Source: Octopus vulgaris (taxonomy: Eukaryota). From it: DNA of 64,000 nucleotides. The notes beneath the pieces are model-generated. The model was not told the origin of the DNA. It did no database searches and worked only from the letters and a program-made list of their open reading frames with translations. The translations under genes were made by a program, and so were the position numbers. Location: assembly GCA_951406725.2 (NCBI GenBank), contig OX597831.1:60698001-60762000 (forward strand), written 5' to 3'. Positions 40,997-55,259 of the stretch are shown here, piece after piece; positions within the stretch are counted from its first letter, which is position 1; each line of letters begins with the position of its first letter.

Positions 40997-42666
40997 TATG
41001 ACTGCGTAAGTTTTACGAAAAAGCAGAAGCAAGATAGTTGCAACAAATGGAGAGACATTCGCAGCGGTGTCCTTCAAAGATCTGTACTGGGACTACTATT
41101 ATTTGAGGTATCTTTCTCAGTCATGCTTTCACAGATAGGCAGCCTCACTCACCAAGTATGCAGACGATACAAAAATATCACAAGCGATCAAGGACCATGG
41201 CGACATACGAAAACAGCAAAATGACATGAATGGTATATACAAATAGGCTGATGAAAATAACAGACAACTCAATGCTGAGAAATTTCAAGCAATATTCTAT
41301 CAACCCGCCGACAGTCTATAATTGGAACGCCCAGGAACAGTGGATACTGGCATTCCAGTGTCAGAGTCGTTGCGTCACTTGGGAATCCAAATAATTAATG
41401 ATGAAAACTTCCATATGAATATTACAAAGATTTAAACATTGTGCAAGCCATTAATCTGGAAGGATTCTGAGACCATTGTAAATCAGGAAATAGGATACTA
41501 TACTACTTATATAGAGAACTTCCGTTTTCTATCATCTGGATTTGTGCTCCAAGCTGTGGTTTACTTCAGAGAATCAAGCTGGTGACGGCACTTGGGGCAA
41601 TCCAGCACCACTGCACAAAGACGTTTGACTCAATGTACTTGAGAGCTACTGGGAGAGGCTAAAGGAACTAAAGCTCAACTCCCTAGAGAGAAAGTGTGAA
41701 GGACATGCAGTGATATGGAAGACCCTGAACGGTCTAGCTCCCAAATTTTGGATTGGGAAGCTATACCAACAACCGAAATGGATGGCATTGTAAAGTACCA
41801 AAGTTTCAATCTACTTATTCTCATATAAGTACCCAATATTGCAACAGCTTGGTTTTCAAGGGTCCACTACTATTTAACCAAACAGCCTCAGAGACTTGTG
41901 AAGTGTAGATTTGGTATTTACAGAGATCATCTGGAAATATTATTATCTGGGACACCAGAAAATTCCACATCGCAGTAGGAGGCACAAAGAAGAGCAGCTC
42001 CTTTGAAGTTGCTACTTCACCAGAAATAGTACAGAAAAGAAACCCAAACGTAATGAACGACGGTGCTCCAGCATGAACTCAGCCTCTAGCTATATCTGTA
42101 AAATAGATAAAACATGTGTGTTTGTATGTCTATGTGTTTGCGTTTCTCCGCTGTCACGATTGATAATCAGCAATATCATTTGCATATTGAAATTTCCTCT
42201 TTGTTTGTCCTCTATTTTTTAAAATATATATTTTGGCACACAATATATGTCAGAATTATTTAAATAAGTCTTCTATAAATTCAAAATAATTAATGGAATT
42301 TTTTTGTTTTACCAATTAGTGTTATCCAACGTAAAATGTGAGGTTTTAGATGTGGAATATACTTAGGAGAAATGTTTCAAGCCAGTAATAATATGTCATG
42401 ATATATATCATCAGAAATGACTTCGTGTATCAGATGACATTGTCAATTACGTATTCACTAAATTTTAAAGTAAAATATTGAAATTGAAGCACCTCAACAC
42501 TGATTTAAAGATACAGTTCAGCGGTCCTCCAAATAATATCAGTTCGTGCTGGTAATAAGCAGACAGTGCAGGTAGTAGGAATATGGTCCAGGTCGAGACT
42601 GTAAAGTTAACACTTAGTCTTCATATCAGTGAAGAATTTTAACAGACTTTTTAGTAGTTCTCATTT

Positions 42667-43086
42667 CATTATTGTTCGACATGGTCGAGACAATGGAATT
42701 CATCATGTCACGCCATACTTCATGGTCCATCATAGCATTACGGAAGTTCTGTTGCTGGATGCCTGTATCTCTGGAGATTACATCAGAGTAGGAGAGTGTG
42801 CGCCCTCTGGTATCACGAGTAGATGGCTTCCAGAGGAGAAGAGTAGAAATTACCTCGTTTGCAGCTCTACAACAATGTCCAGCAAACTGGACTCTCCTAC
42901 CTTTCACAAGAGATGATACAGGTGGTAGTTTTCCATATATTTGTATTTTGGTTGGATGACGCTTCCACGAGAGATTTTGAGCTCTCATAAGGAGGCGAGT
43001 GTAAGTTCCATCCAACCGCCTCTCAAGCTTCTTTGATAACGTCCAGGTTTCTGAGCCATATAGCAGAATTGGTTCGACTGTGGTTC
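42667..43086 (-). mobile_element. RTE-type LINE, 5'-truncated 3' fragment with open frame
   Basis: VEPILLYGSETWTLSKKLERRLDGTYTRLLMRAQNLSWK...RRVQFAGHC...LLWKP...VWR. Confidence 0.9.
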
Positions 43087-43352
43087 TAATGGGATGTCTA
43101 TATTACTTTTAGTGACATATATCGGCAGAGAGGTGGTTAAAACAGGTCACTATTAGTTTTAGGGTTGTAAAATATCTACAGCTTAACTTTATAAATTTTA
43201 AAATAAAAAAAAAATATTTAGATCTAAACTCAATTGGGGGCGTTATTTACACTCGTATAACGTTGATACTAATTTTGATATAAAACCTTTTCTACTGGGC
43301 CAAATCTCAATTTTTGTTTTCTAAAATGTAGTTGAATGATATATATATATTC

Positions 43353-43383
<31 letters not shown>

Positions 43384-43403
43384 TGCGTGTGTGTGTGTGT
43401 GTG

Positions 43404-44120
43404 TACAGGGTGGATTAAAAGTAAGTATACATTAAACCTTGGTAATAAAATTTTTGTTCCTTTGACAAATTTATTGAAACAAATAATACATGTTCTATAT
43501 AACATGTGAAAATGAAAAGAAATCTTCATATTTCAAAGTTAGGACCGGTGGCGTCAGCCAAATTCCTCAAACGACCAGTGATAGAATGAACAACTTTCTG
43601 AAATATGTTGTCTGGGATATCGCTGAGAACGTTGGAAATCCGTGTCTCCAAGTACTCGGGTGTGCAATATTTTGTCTTTACACTTCCCCTACTGTATAAC
43701 ACCAGAAGTAGAAATCATATGGAGTTCTGCACTCCTACGGTCAATGTTTTCAGGTTTTACCTTCAGCACGTAATGCGGTTTCCACGGACGAAAATGCAAT
43801 TCTTTATGTAACACCGTTAGTACTGCGTGACTTGTTATTCCGCTTTCACGAGCTGCTTGACGTGCTGATATTTACGGGCTGCGATTAAACATTTCCTACA
43901 CTGCTGCCACGTCCTCCACTGATCGGGATACGGTTGGACGGCCACTTCTTCTTGCATCGTTCACGGAGCCCGCGGTCATCAGCTTTGCATCACAACTTTT
44001 CATTGTCCCCGGACGTAGTGTTGTATGCTAACATACCTACTCTGAACCAAAACAATGGAATTCCACACTTCATAGCATGCTGCTTAGTACCCTCCTGAAC
44101 AGTCAAGCGATCCCATTTGC
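43404..44120 (-). mobile_element. Tc1/mariner-superfamily transposon fossil with internal deletion
   Basis: TA-CAGGGTG terminus at 43404. Minus strand reads GSVNDARRSGRP...RSP*ISARQAARESGI...VLHKELHFRPWK, then jumps to PYDFYFW, so most of the catalytic domain is missing. Confidence 0.8.
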
Positions 44121-44295
44121 AAATTAAGAAATAAGACAATAAGAAAGTAAGAAATCCCCATTAGTGCTGCCTGTTAAAAAATGATTTTTTTTCGTCATGA
44201 CTTCATTAATTCTCAACATTCTGTACGTATGTATGTGTGTTTGTATGTATGTATGTATGTATTCATGTATGTATTTATGTATGTACGTATGTATT

Positions 44296-44617
44296 ATGTG
44301 GTCACGAAACAGTGGAAAATTAACGAAAGAACTCGATGCTACCCAGCGGTGCCACTTCATAGTACCAAAAATCTGGATATTCTCGTCAGAATACAGAAGT
44401 AGATAATGCAACAGATTGGGCGTCAAGGGCCCACATCTGTCTAATATCCTCCCACAAAACCTGAGAGACATCGTGGATGCAGGCGTCTTCATAACAAAAC
44501 TGGATCTCATTCTGTCAAGAGTTCTGGGGGAACTTACCTCAACACTAGAAATACAGATGAGGGCACCAAGGTGGTGCACCAGCATGACTGTATTTCTCGG
44601 ACTGAAACTAAAATACA
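44296..44617 (+). mobile_element. CR1-clade LINE 3' fragment
   Basis: WSRNSGKLTKELDATQR...CNRLGVKGPHLSNILPQNLRDI..FITKLD, followed by tail GGTGGTGCACCAGCATG...CTGAAAC. Confidence 0.75.
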
Positions 44618-44637
44618 TATCATGGATTCTCTCATCT

Positions 44638-44906
44638 TTAGACGACGTATGAGGGTTCGACAATTTCATGCCGAACAACCGCACATACGATTTGTTTATA
44701 GCGATCAAATGTTTGTGTACACATAAGCACACTCCCTCCATCAAATCAACATAACCAGAACAGGTGTACCGTGAGCAATATGTCAGATAACGAAATTATC
44801 GCAGATCTTTACTCAAGAACACAACGCAACTCCCGGTCTGGGACTCGAACCTGCGATCTCGCAATCGTCAGCGCAATAACCTAACCACTAAACCATACGC
44901 CTTCAC
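44638..44906 (-). mobile_element. tRNA-derived SINE (family C-type head)
   Basis: Minus strand reads GTGAAGGCGTATGGTTTAGTGGTTAGG...GGTTCGAGTCCC (A and B boxes). Head is similar to 53323. Confidence 0.7.
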
Positions 44907-45661
44907 AAACACACACACACATATATATAATCACATATATATGCATACATATAGGTACGCACACACACATACACACACAAATATATATATATATGTGTGT
45001 GTACATTCATGTATGTGCGTATGTGCGTGTGTGTGTGTATGTGTGTGTAATGTATTCATGATCCTATCATTTCTATGACCTAATCACACATCATCTCAAG
45101 AGCTTTATTCTCTTGCTCGTATTTATCAATGTTCATATGAAGGAAGAAAATATATATAATCAAAAATCACCAAGAGAGACAAGGGGAGGTAGTGAACGTC
45201 ATAGGCTCTACGAGTCAGTTACTGATTTAACTAGCTTCTTTAGAAAATCTCTACAGATCCACTCGGTTTGGTAATTGCCTCTCTAAACATAAGTGTAGTA
45301 AATTATTGAATGTGACATTCCGGTTAAATTCTCCTTGAAAATAATTGTGAATACGTTGAGTATGCTTTGCTATTTTATGCTATAAAGATGTGTTTCACTT
45401 GTAATAATTCACAGAAATAAATGTACACTAAGGAAAATATAAAATAATGAATGCACGGTATGCATAAGCATCTTTACTCTAGATTCTTTCGAAGAAGAAT
45501 GAAATGTAACATTTATAATGCACTATTTTGGCCCATTGTTACAAGAGTCCATATAGGTCATTCTTGTTTACCTCTAGATCATCATGTGTTTGTTTTTTCT
45601 ACGAATAAACGACACAAGTTCACGTAATTCAACGTATTTGTTTCTGACGAGGTTGGATTTC

Positions 45662-46005
45662 AGGCGGCGAGCTGGCAGAATCGTTAGCACGCCGGGTGAA
45701 ATGCTTAGCGGTATTTCGTTTGCCGCTACGTTCTGAGTTCAAATTCCGCGGAGGTCGACTTTGCCTTTCATCCTTTCGGGGTTGATAAATTAAGTACCAG
45801 TTACGCACTAGGGTCGATGTAATCGACTTAATACCTATGTCTGTCCTTGTTTGTCCTCTCTGTGTTTAGCCCCTTGTGGGTAGTAAAGAAATACGTATTT
45901 TGTCTCACTATATATCTGAGTTCAAATTCCGCCGAAGTCGACTTTGCTTTTCGTTCTTCTGGGATTGATTAATAAAGTACCAGTGGCGTACTGGGGTGGG
46001 TGGGT
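45662..46005 (+). mobile_element. SINE family A with duplicated core (two units)
   Basis: Full unit at 45662-45893, then a second B-box/core unit from about 45894. Confidence 0.85.
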
Positions 46006-46107
46006 GATATCTCCAAGTTTCGAAAAAACGTTTAAAAGATGTAAGGAACTAGTAAACATCTCATTGGCCGTTGGAGAGATTTATCAGCAATTTGGAAGCA
46101 TGGTCAT

Positions 46108-46560
46108 AGGCGCAGACGTGGATGTGTGTTAAGAAGTTCGCTTCGCAACCACATGGATCCTGTTTTCGTGCCACTGCTTGGTATTTTGGGCATGTGTCTT
46201 CAACTAATGTAATACTTGTGAGTGGATGTCTTAGATGGAAATTGAAACAAGCCTGTCGTATATATATATATTACTTATTATTATATATTGATTGTTCATT
46301 TTTATACTCTTTGAGATCTAGTAATATGTTTTATAAGAATATTTTTTTATTATTTATGTTTTGGTTTATGTCTATCACTGTTTGAGTTTATGCGTGCGTG
46401 TGTCGCTTGACAATCGGTGTTGATATGTTTACGTCCCCGTAACTTAGCGGTTCGAAAGAAAGTCCGATAGGAAAAGTACTGGTGTCGAAGCATTGGACTA
46501 AAACTTTTTTGAAAGCAGTGCCCCAGCATGACGGCAGTTCAATGACTGAATCAAGTCAAA
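46108..46560 (+). mobile_element. SINE family B, degenerate
   Basis: AGGCGCAGACGTGGATGTGTG head and TTTACGTCCCCGTAACTTAGCGGTTCG...GCAGTGCCCCAGCATG tail. Confidence 0.8.
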
Positions 46561-49504
46561 TGTATAGATTTGTCATACAATGCTGCATGCATTCTGCGTA
46601 GATAATTCTACTAACTTTAGCAACAATAGAATATACAAACGATACACAACGATACACAATGAGCAGGTGAAATTTTCAACTGCAACAACCAAATTTGTAA
46701 ATCGATGCAATAATGCAAATGAAGTGAAAATAATTACCTCCGTTTATAAAATGTAGCAACCTATTGGTATCAATTTTAGACGTAATTTATATCTGATAGG
46801 CATAAATTTGAATGTTAAACTCATTAAGGAAAAATATGTGCAATATTTCAGTTAAGACAAATGCTCTAATCTCTTCCACTTTTTTTTATTAGCGAAGTAT
46901 CATATCAAATTTTGTGCATATCGTTTGGTTGAGGAATTTTAATTGCTGTAAGATAATGCTTTGATTTAGTGAGATTGGGGCTGAGAAGGAGTTAATGGAC
47001 GACAGATGAAATCTAAAAAAAATATGAGAAGTCTGATACAAGGAGAAATAAATTGAAAGCATAAGATGTGCGACAGGGCAATGTAGCTACTAATGATTTT
47101 TATAATAAGTGATATATCATATATTTTGAGCGCTTAATTAACGATAGTAATAATTGCACCTCACAGGTATTATGACATCTATAATCGAATGATGAATAGG
47201 AATGTTAACTTGAGCAGGATTTTAATAGTGAAATATAGAAGTAAATACTTCGTGATAGTCATTTTGCTGCTGCGCTACTGTCTACTATCTAAGGTTTCCA
47301 CTGTCTGCTATCCAAGGTAATATACAACTATTACATGTAATTAATTCAATTATATTAGTTGCTTCGCCTTCCATAGTCAGAATTGTTTTTAACTAATGAA
47401 TTTCTTGGTTACTTCATCAGCTTTTAGAACATCCAAGTTACTATTTACTTTTCATGCCACATGCAGAATGTTGTGTAAATTTTCCCTATCCTAAATACAA
47501 TACTGACGTCTTATATTACCGTAAAAAATGTACAAGTGGGGCAGAATTACAATTGGTTAAATCTATTAGTTTCAAAACAATGAGCGTTACACATGACCTC
47601 TTTGAGATTTGGATTCAAAGCAGAGATGGACAGAAAGACTATGAATTCACTTCCCTTTCTACTATCATTACCAATTCTTTATTTAGTAAATCTGAATATA
47701 ATGGTATCTAATATACCACAAGATTGCACAGAGTTAACACCCGCATTGAAGCGCACTAATTTTGTGAATCCCAAAAGGATTGAAGGAATATTCAACCAGC
47801 GGAAATATAACATACGTCAGAATCAAATATAGTAAGACAATTACTATGAGGTTCTTTTGTTTCAGTAAACTACTGTCCTCAGAAATGCATGACACTTATT
47901 GAAATATAGCTTATTATATGTCTCCCATAATGTAACAGCCAAGTGTACATTCATGATTTATTTTTCTCAATGACTTTCTCCAGGAAATTTGAATGAATTT
48001 TTTAAAAAGTAGTGTATATCAGATATGTCATCGTATTGCTGATTATTCAAGAAAAGAGATTTCATGTGTTCATCTTGAAAAGAGCTCCGATTTTTTTCTG
48101 TATTATTTAATGGCAAATTGGATGCATCAACTAATGAAAATGATCCTCAAAACCATTAACCATATGCATGTTATAACAGTTTAATGTCAGATTTTTTAGC
48201 TGACATCACTATTTTCTTTTCTTTTCAATGGATGTTTCAGAATGTTATTCCTCACACAAACTAAGAGCAAATAATGACGGTAGCTATTTTATCTAGGCTG
48301 TAAAATTTCAGAAGAAATCCCACAAGTTATATTTCCTTATACACCCTACTCAAACATAACAATGATCAAGTATTTTCGCAGAGCCATATAAAAAAAAAAC
48401 TGTCGATATGAGGTTCAACCCACCGATTTATGTACCACGTAAAATAGTTGGATTCAATGTGATCCAAGCTATTATAATGTGTGCTCCCTGGTTCTTGATT
48501 CATAATTCTTGTCCAGAGAGGACTTCAAAATATATCTCAACTTCTAAGGTATTCTGATATCCTTCTTATAGACATTCGTTGCTTAAATGATTAATAGTAT
48601 TGATGAAACGCATTTTAATCTATTAACACGTCGCTATCCTTGAAAGCATATTTATTGCTTTATTACAGCACAGTATTTTCAAAGATTTTTTGTTTTTACT
48701 TATATTATCATATAAGTCTTTAATATATTCAATTACACGGATAACATATGGATATGAACCCACTTCCATATAAGTGAGCTTTAATACTTAAAGCATTAAA
48801 GGCAGTAAGTTCATCTACCTGAGCAAATGTGCATATTAACCACTCGCTAACTAAGACGAGAATCTTTTTAATATTATGTTTCAAGGACATAACTCAAATT
48901 ACGTCAATATTAAAACAACAAGTGTTCTATCAGTGGCAATAAACTGACACATTATTGAAACCGCTACACCTACAGAGGCACCAAGCATATAAAGTTTTCA
49001 ACGCAGTTCCAGTGCATTCCTTTTGTATTTGATCCCATGAATCATGCCCTAAACATCGTATCGAATATTGCTACACTTAGCCATTCAATAAACATTATTG
49101 TATTCTGCTTCATATTACTATTTTAATTTCCTTTCATCAAGGACAGCATTAAGGAATTGTCTGTGCGATTATCTGACAAACCCATCCTTACCAGATGAAT
49201 AAGAAAAACACATTACGAAATGGAGGTTGAACAAAGCCAGTGCAAATATTTATAGAAAATTCTCTGCTTAATGGAATGGAAAGAGAAAGGATGATAAAAG
49301 TCAAAATCTATAAATGGATAAGTTGAAAGAAAGAAAGTAAAATAAACTTCAACAAAAAGAAAATAGAAATTTAAGGAAGAAAAATGATTTATTTCGTAAA
49401 ATTCATTCATTCTGTTCATTTATTTGAGCGGGTATACGCGCTCGGGTGTATAAAGTTATACGTATATATACATACATACATACATACATACATACTTCCA
49501 TACA

Positions 49505-49555
<51 letters not shown>

Positions 49556-49562
49556 GTATATG

Positions 49563-49613
<51 letters not shown>

Positions 49614-51461
49614 ATACATACATTGATAGATATAGATGTATGGAGGAGACACATGTAAGTAATATAGGCATACGTCTATAATTATATATTCTTATGCATA
49701 TATCTATGTATATATGTATGTATAAATCAATTTAAACATGTCTCTCTTTCTCTCTATGTGTTTGTAATTATGTTTGCATGTATATGTATGTACGTATGTC
49801 TTTATGCATATATATATATATATATATATACATATATGCATACATATGTGTGTGTATACATACTGATAGACAGACGTAGATACAAATGCACACATACCCA
49901 CAGACTCTTGCACACGCATTCACATATATGCATATGTGCAATGAGGATAATACTCTGCTTACATCATAGGATTTATATAGGTCCTGGAAGCAAGAGTTTA
50001 TCTACCACAGGTTGCACTCGGTTGCATATGAATGGATAAGCGGAGGATGGGCTAGAAATGAAACTATGTTCATACAGTGGCTGCCGTTGAATCGAAATTG
50101 AAGATAATGTTTAACATTGCAGGAAAGCATGCGAGAATCGATAACAAAACAGCAATGATTACATATATAACAATGTTCCCCATGAAGAAAAAAAGCCATG
50201 AACAGAAATGAATTTAACAGGGAAAACAAAAAAATAACGCAAAAGAAGCCTATAACATTATTGTTTTAGATTTTTATTCCCATTATCAATACCATAGCGT
50301 AAATTGAATTTCGGTGTCTTTTAAATCCTTCATTAAATGAACTTCTCCATATAAATGAAACACATATAATGTATAAAAAGTACTACCGTTTTCATCTCTG
50401 TATTGTCTAACGTAACCTTTATTAAAATTAACTACTCTATCGAAACATTTCATTCCTATTGGTAGCTTTATGTTTGCGATGTAGTTAGTAAACTGTTATG
50501 ATTTCTAAAACATCTCTATTTAGATTCCACCATGCTTCATATATCAAAGGATCAAAAATATACAAATAAAAAACGGACATAACACCATAGCTACAGTATT
50601 GTGGCGACCTCATATACCACATTCTTCGGGCAACATCGAAGGCTACGCATAGTTTTCTATTATGAATACAATGTAATTTCAAAAACAAATGTTTGATTCC
50701 TTATTCAGAAATCGGGAGTTAGCCTTAATTTTCTGTTTTTATTCTGATTGAATTATCATCTTTATTTATAAATATCAAGATTTATTTTTGCTCTAAGGAT
50801 ACAATTCAGGATCATTGGAAGGGTTGCTTAGATACAAAATGGTAGAATATGGAATACAATAATTATACAGCCACCGACTAATATATCTCCGGATCTTACT
50901 ATTTTATATATTGCAGGTATCTTGTATCTTTACAATATTGTTTTCTATAAATGCTAAAAATGCACACTATCCTATTAAGTGGATTATATGGTAACTATTG
51001 TTTGCTCTAATGGAATTTTTCTAATATTAAACATTTAAATATAATCAATAAAATATAATTTTTCATTTATTATTTTTGGAAACACCAGCGGGGGCTCATT
51101 AGTCGTTTCACATTATGTAGTTGTTTATAACATGGCCGATTGAGATATGATGGTCATTTCTTAGAATCAAATTAGTATTGTAGTTTTTAGTTTCCATCCT
51201 TCATCATTTGGAGTCAGTTTTGCATTTCAGCCTTCAATGTTCGAGAAGATTTCTCTCATGGTACTTATTTAATCAAATATAGCTTTTGAAAATATTTCGT
51301 GACGTCAACGATAGAAATTATTTTTGTCATGCTTTATTTGTTAAATAAAGTGTTTTGTATGGGGTGGGTTACGAATACACACCCACTAACCAAAAGCAAT
51401 GTATTGTATCGTGACTTTAGTGTTGGCCCTTACATATGTGCTTAATATCCCATTTCCTTTG

Positions 51462-51510
<49 letters not shown>

Positions 51511-52087
51511 TATAATTTAACGGTCTAAGAAATGTGTCACCTCTCTCTTTCAATGTTACTTTATCATAAAAGAACAAAGTTATTTCTATGTGAAAGACGG
51601 TTAAAAAATACAAACAGCGGAATTTTCGAAGAAAATTAATGAATGACATATTTTGCCTACAAATATGACTCAGGGATTTTGGCAATAGTTCAGCATTAAT
51701 AATCATAATTTCTTTCGTTGGCATGAGGACAAAGATCTATGTAAGAAAGCAGTGTATAGAGGATTGAATGTATTTCTGAAAATAATTATGAGATATTTTA
51801 TTGATGCCCTGCAGTAGAAAAGTAAAGTTTATCGCTAGGGATTTGAAATTAACATGTAGAGAGACGAAAGCAAATATCAGGTTTTTGATATAATGAGTCC
51901 ATCCATTCTTTCTAGCAATAAACTTCTTACATAAGGATTTTAATATACACTTTACCTACTATTTAGACCTCAACAACACGACTATGCAACATGACTGCAA
52001 AGTATTAAGCATACAAACACAATACGAAGTTGATATATTTGTACAATAAACAATCGGCAGAATATATACAATACTAAAGATAGAGAA

Positions 52088-52512
52088 ACTCTTATTTCAA
52101 CATAAAAATCTAGATTATATATACATGCAGTTTGTGTTCATGGAAATCAATATGGTCATAACATGAATTTCTGTAAATGTATTTTCTCATTGATATCCTT
52201 ATTTCATTGAAGTCAATGAAGGCAGAAATTCAAAATAAAAGTACATTTTGCACTTATAGCTCAACATGGCTGTAATATTTCATGAATACAAAGTCTCTAT
52301 TACTCTTTTCCTGTCTGTAATAACATTAAGAGAACTAAAGCCTTCACAAAGGTGTGAGAAACCCAAATTGGAGAGTGTGAAGACATCACAAAAGTTCTTT
52401 TTATAGCTTGCAATCGTCAAACATTGAGCGATTATTCTTTCACCCTGGGAAATTTTATTATCGAATATTAACTACATTTCCTACTGTATAGCAGCATCCC
52501 CTTCTCCATTCT
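52088..52512 (+). pseudogene. Possible decayed rhodopsin-class GPCR
   Basis: Fragments in order: TLIS..HAVC (TM3 end), VIT*ISV...YPYF (TM4, W read as TGA), NKSTFCTY (ECL2 Cys), ITKVLF (TM6) and SNINYISYCI (TM7-like). Confidence 0.3.
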
Positions 52513-53322
52513 AACCTAGCGACTCAAATATAACGTAAAAGTGTTGATGGGTGCTTGGTCAAAGAAATAGAGTCATGTCACCCAAATAAGTAAATATTTC
52601 CGCTGTAGATGTATACTGCTATATCCAACTGGCAGAGGAAATCTACTTAAGCTTAAACGGCCATGTTTTACCACGAATTGTGACGACAAGTGGATTTTGG
52701 ACACTATGGAAACCATTCCACTTAAATTATTAACAATATTTGAAGTTGCCCTAAGAAAAAAATATAACAAAAAGAAAGAAAGATATCGCCATACCTTCAT
52801 CAAGGAGATGCAGTTCAAATGACACATTGGTGCCTACAGAGCTCCTGACTGGGCAAAACCTCCGTTACCAAAGCATACTTTGTTTTCTATAACCAATGAA
52901 AATAAAATCCACTACAAGAAGCAGGCTATTTGATCTACATTGACGTTGAACGCGTACTGCAATTTTCGCATTTCGTGGCCGCATCTATAGATGCATCATT
53001 TTATGTTGCACTATATGGCTGTTGACTTTTCTTTCCTTGTGTCAATATAACGTTCCAACGCATGTGTGTCGTGAGATTATGAAGATCACAGCATTCTGTC
53101 AGCGCAGCTAGGTTCTCGAGTGAATTCAAAGAAAGCAGTATTATAATCTAAACATTTATGCGAAAGATTTGTAGAAGTAGTCGCTAATATCAATACTGAA
53201 ATATTTGGTATGTACTGCTAGCATGATTGCTATTAGTACTTAACTTATGCGCCAAAAATTACCCGACACTGTCCTTTACTAACAGCCTTTCCTATTTATT
53301 CAGTTTGCTACATGATGACTTA

Positions 53323-53649
53323 GTGAAGGTGCATGGCTCAGTGGTTAGAGCGTCGAACTTACGATCGTGAGGCTGTGAGTTCGAATCCGTGACCGGGCTG
53401 CGTGTTGTGTTTTTTTTTTCACGTTGCTCCAGTTCACTCAGCTGTAGAAATGAGTTGCGACGTCACAGGTGCCAAGCTGTATCGGCCACTGCCTTTCCCT
53501 TGGATAACACTGGTGGTGTGGAGATGGGAGGCCGGTGTGCATGGGCGACTGCTGGTCTTCCATAACCAACCTTGTCTGGACTTGTGCCTGAGATGATAAC
53601 TTTCTAGGTGCAAGCCCACGGCCAGCCATGACCGAAGGGGTCTCAATCA
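53323..53649 (+). mobile_element. tRNA-derived SINE family C with TSD
   Basis: A box TGGCTCAGTGG and B box GAGTTCGAATCC. 13-bp TSD ACATGATGA(C/A)TTA at 53310-53322 and 53650-53662. Confidence 0.85.
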
Positions 53650-54229
53650 ACATGATGAATTAACAGAAAAAAATATGCGTCTTTAAACATTTCAAATCAT
53701 ACTGACTAAATCTCATTTAAGCCAGTAAGCTACGGGACGAATCAAGTTTGATATTTCCAATAAGTATATATTCGTAATTTTGGTTGAATTTTTGGTTAAT
53801 GTCAATGACAGGAAATGATGTTTACAATGTGTATTGCTTAACCATAACTCCACCCAAAGCGAGCAGAACAATGGCCACAATCATTACAGAATGGTTAGTT
53901 TCTTTCATTGCACTATTTCGATATAACTAATGTTTCATTATTTAATTCAATACAACATAGAGTATTTAGACGGACAGCGTATGATTTAAGAGACATTATT
54001 CAGCTCTTTATAGCAAGTGAACAGGCAGTATAGAGGCGGTTGTTGGTGATAATTGAAAATTTGATGGCAAGGATTAATGATTGTTATTCGTGGATATATT
54101 ACCGTTTGTGGGCTTCTGGTAGTTATAATATAATTTAGTACGTACTGTCACGTTTAATGGTCTTAATATTCACTTCAAAAAGATAATGACGGTAGTTTCA
54201 TCCATGATGAAGCTATAGATGTAAACAAT

Positions 54230-54940
54230 GATAATTATAATGGTGATGGTGGTGGGGTGGTGGGGGTGGGGAAGATGATGATAGTAGTGATGATGATGAT
54301 GATGATGATGATGATGACGACGACGATGACGATGACAATCACGACGATGATGGTTGATGGGGAGGAGAATAATTATTAAGATGACGTTCGTGATGGTGGT
54401 GGTGGTGGTGGTGGTGGTGGTAGTGGTGGCGTTGGTGTTGTGGTTGTTGTTGTTTGTGGTGATGATGATTATGATTATAACGATAACGAAAGTGAAGAGG
54501 ATGAGGGTGAGGATTGGGATGATGATGGTGGTGGTGGCAGTGGAGGTGAAAATGAGGGTAAATATAATGATAATGTTATTGATCATGATACAATTATTGT
54601 TGAAAATATATTCAGAGAAGTGACTCTATGTCTCTAAGTCTATTTTGTAATTAGACATCATTAATAAATGATGAAGTCAATATAATCATACACATAATGA
54701 TTATAATGAAGATTGCGGTGAGTTTCATGAATTTTCTAGCTGTTACTTTGTAGCTGTTTATGGTAATAGCACCTAGAGCGATGATAATGATGATGAAGAG
54801 GATGACGACCACAACGACCACAACGACCACAACGAACGTTGATGTTGATGATGACGATGACGACGACGACGATGACGATGATGATGATGATGATGTCGGG
54901 CACTTCGTAGTAGTAAGTCGTGGTCATGATGATCATATAA
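54230..54940. repeat. Degenerate (GAT)/(GGT)/(GAC) trinucleotide region
   Basis: Read directly from the sequence. Confidence 0.85.
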
Positions 54941-55259
54941 CAGAGTGAAGTTGATGTAGGAATACACCTAAGCTAGAGAAGTATGAATTGATGAAGTAAT
55001 GCCCACCTATCCACTGATTCTGGAGACCCATCTCATTTCAAGGGTTGTGTGTCTAGTATGATATCTCTAGACACTTATTCATCCTGTCTGCGAATGAATG
55101 GAGGTGAAAATGAGGGTATATATAATGATAATGTAATTGATGATGATTGTTGAAGCCTTTAATGGCAAGGCAACGAGAAACTAAATACGTTAGCAACAGA
55201 TAGTTGTGCTGTAAGGAGAACACTAATATCATTTTTTCCCAAATATTATTTTCATACTA

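Larger units (their letters stand above)
38980..42110 (+). mobile_element. CR1-clade LINE ORF2 fossil (endonuclease + RT + 3' tail) with two nested insertions
   Basis: Motifs in order: PTRNNNLL/DLCYTKN..VSDHNI (~39090-39200), NPLQIYFHTFL..KWLKG..VHK (~40130), DVIYFDFG (~40435), GVLQRSVLGLLLF (~41066), KYADDTKI (~41154), YWERLKELKLNSLER (~41647) and tail CGGTGCTCCAGCATG (~42061). Confidence 0.85.
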
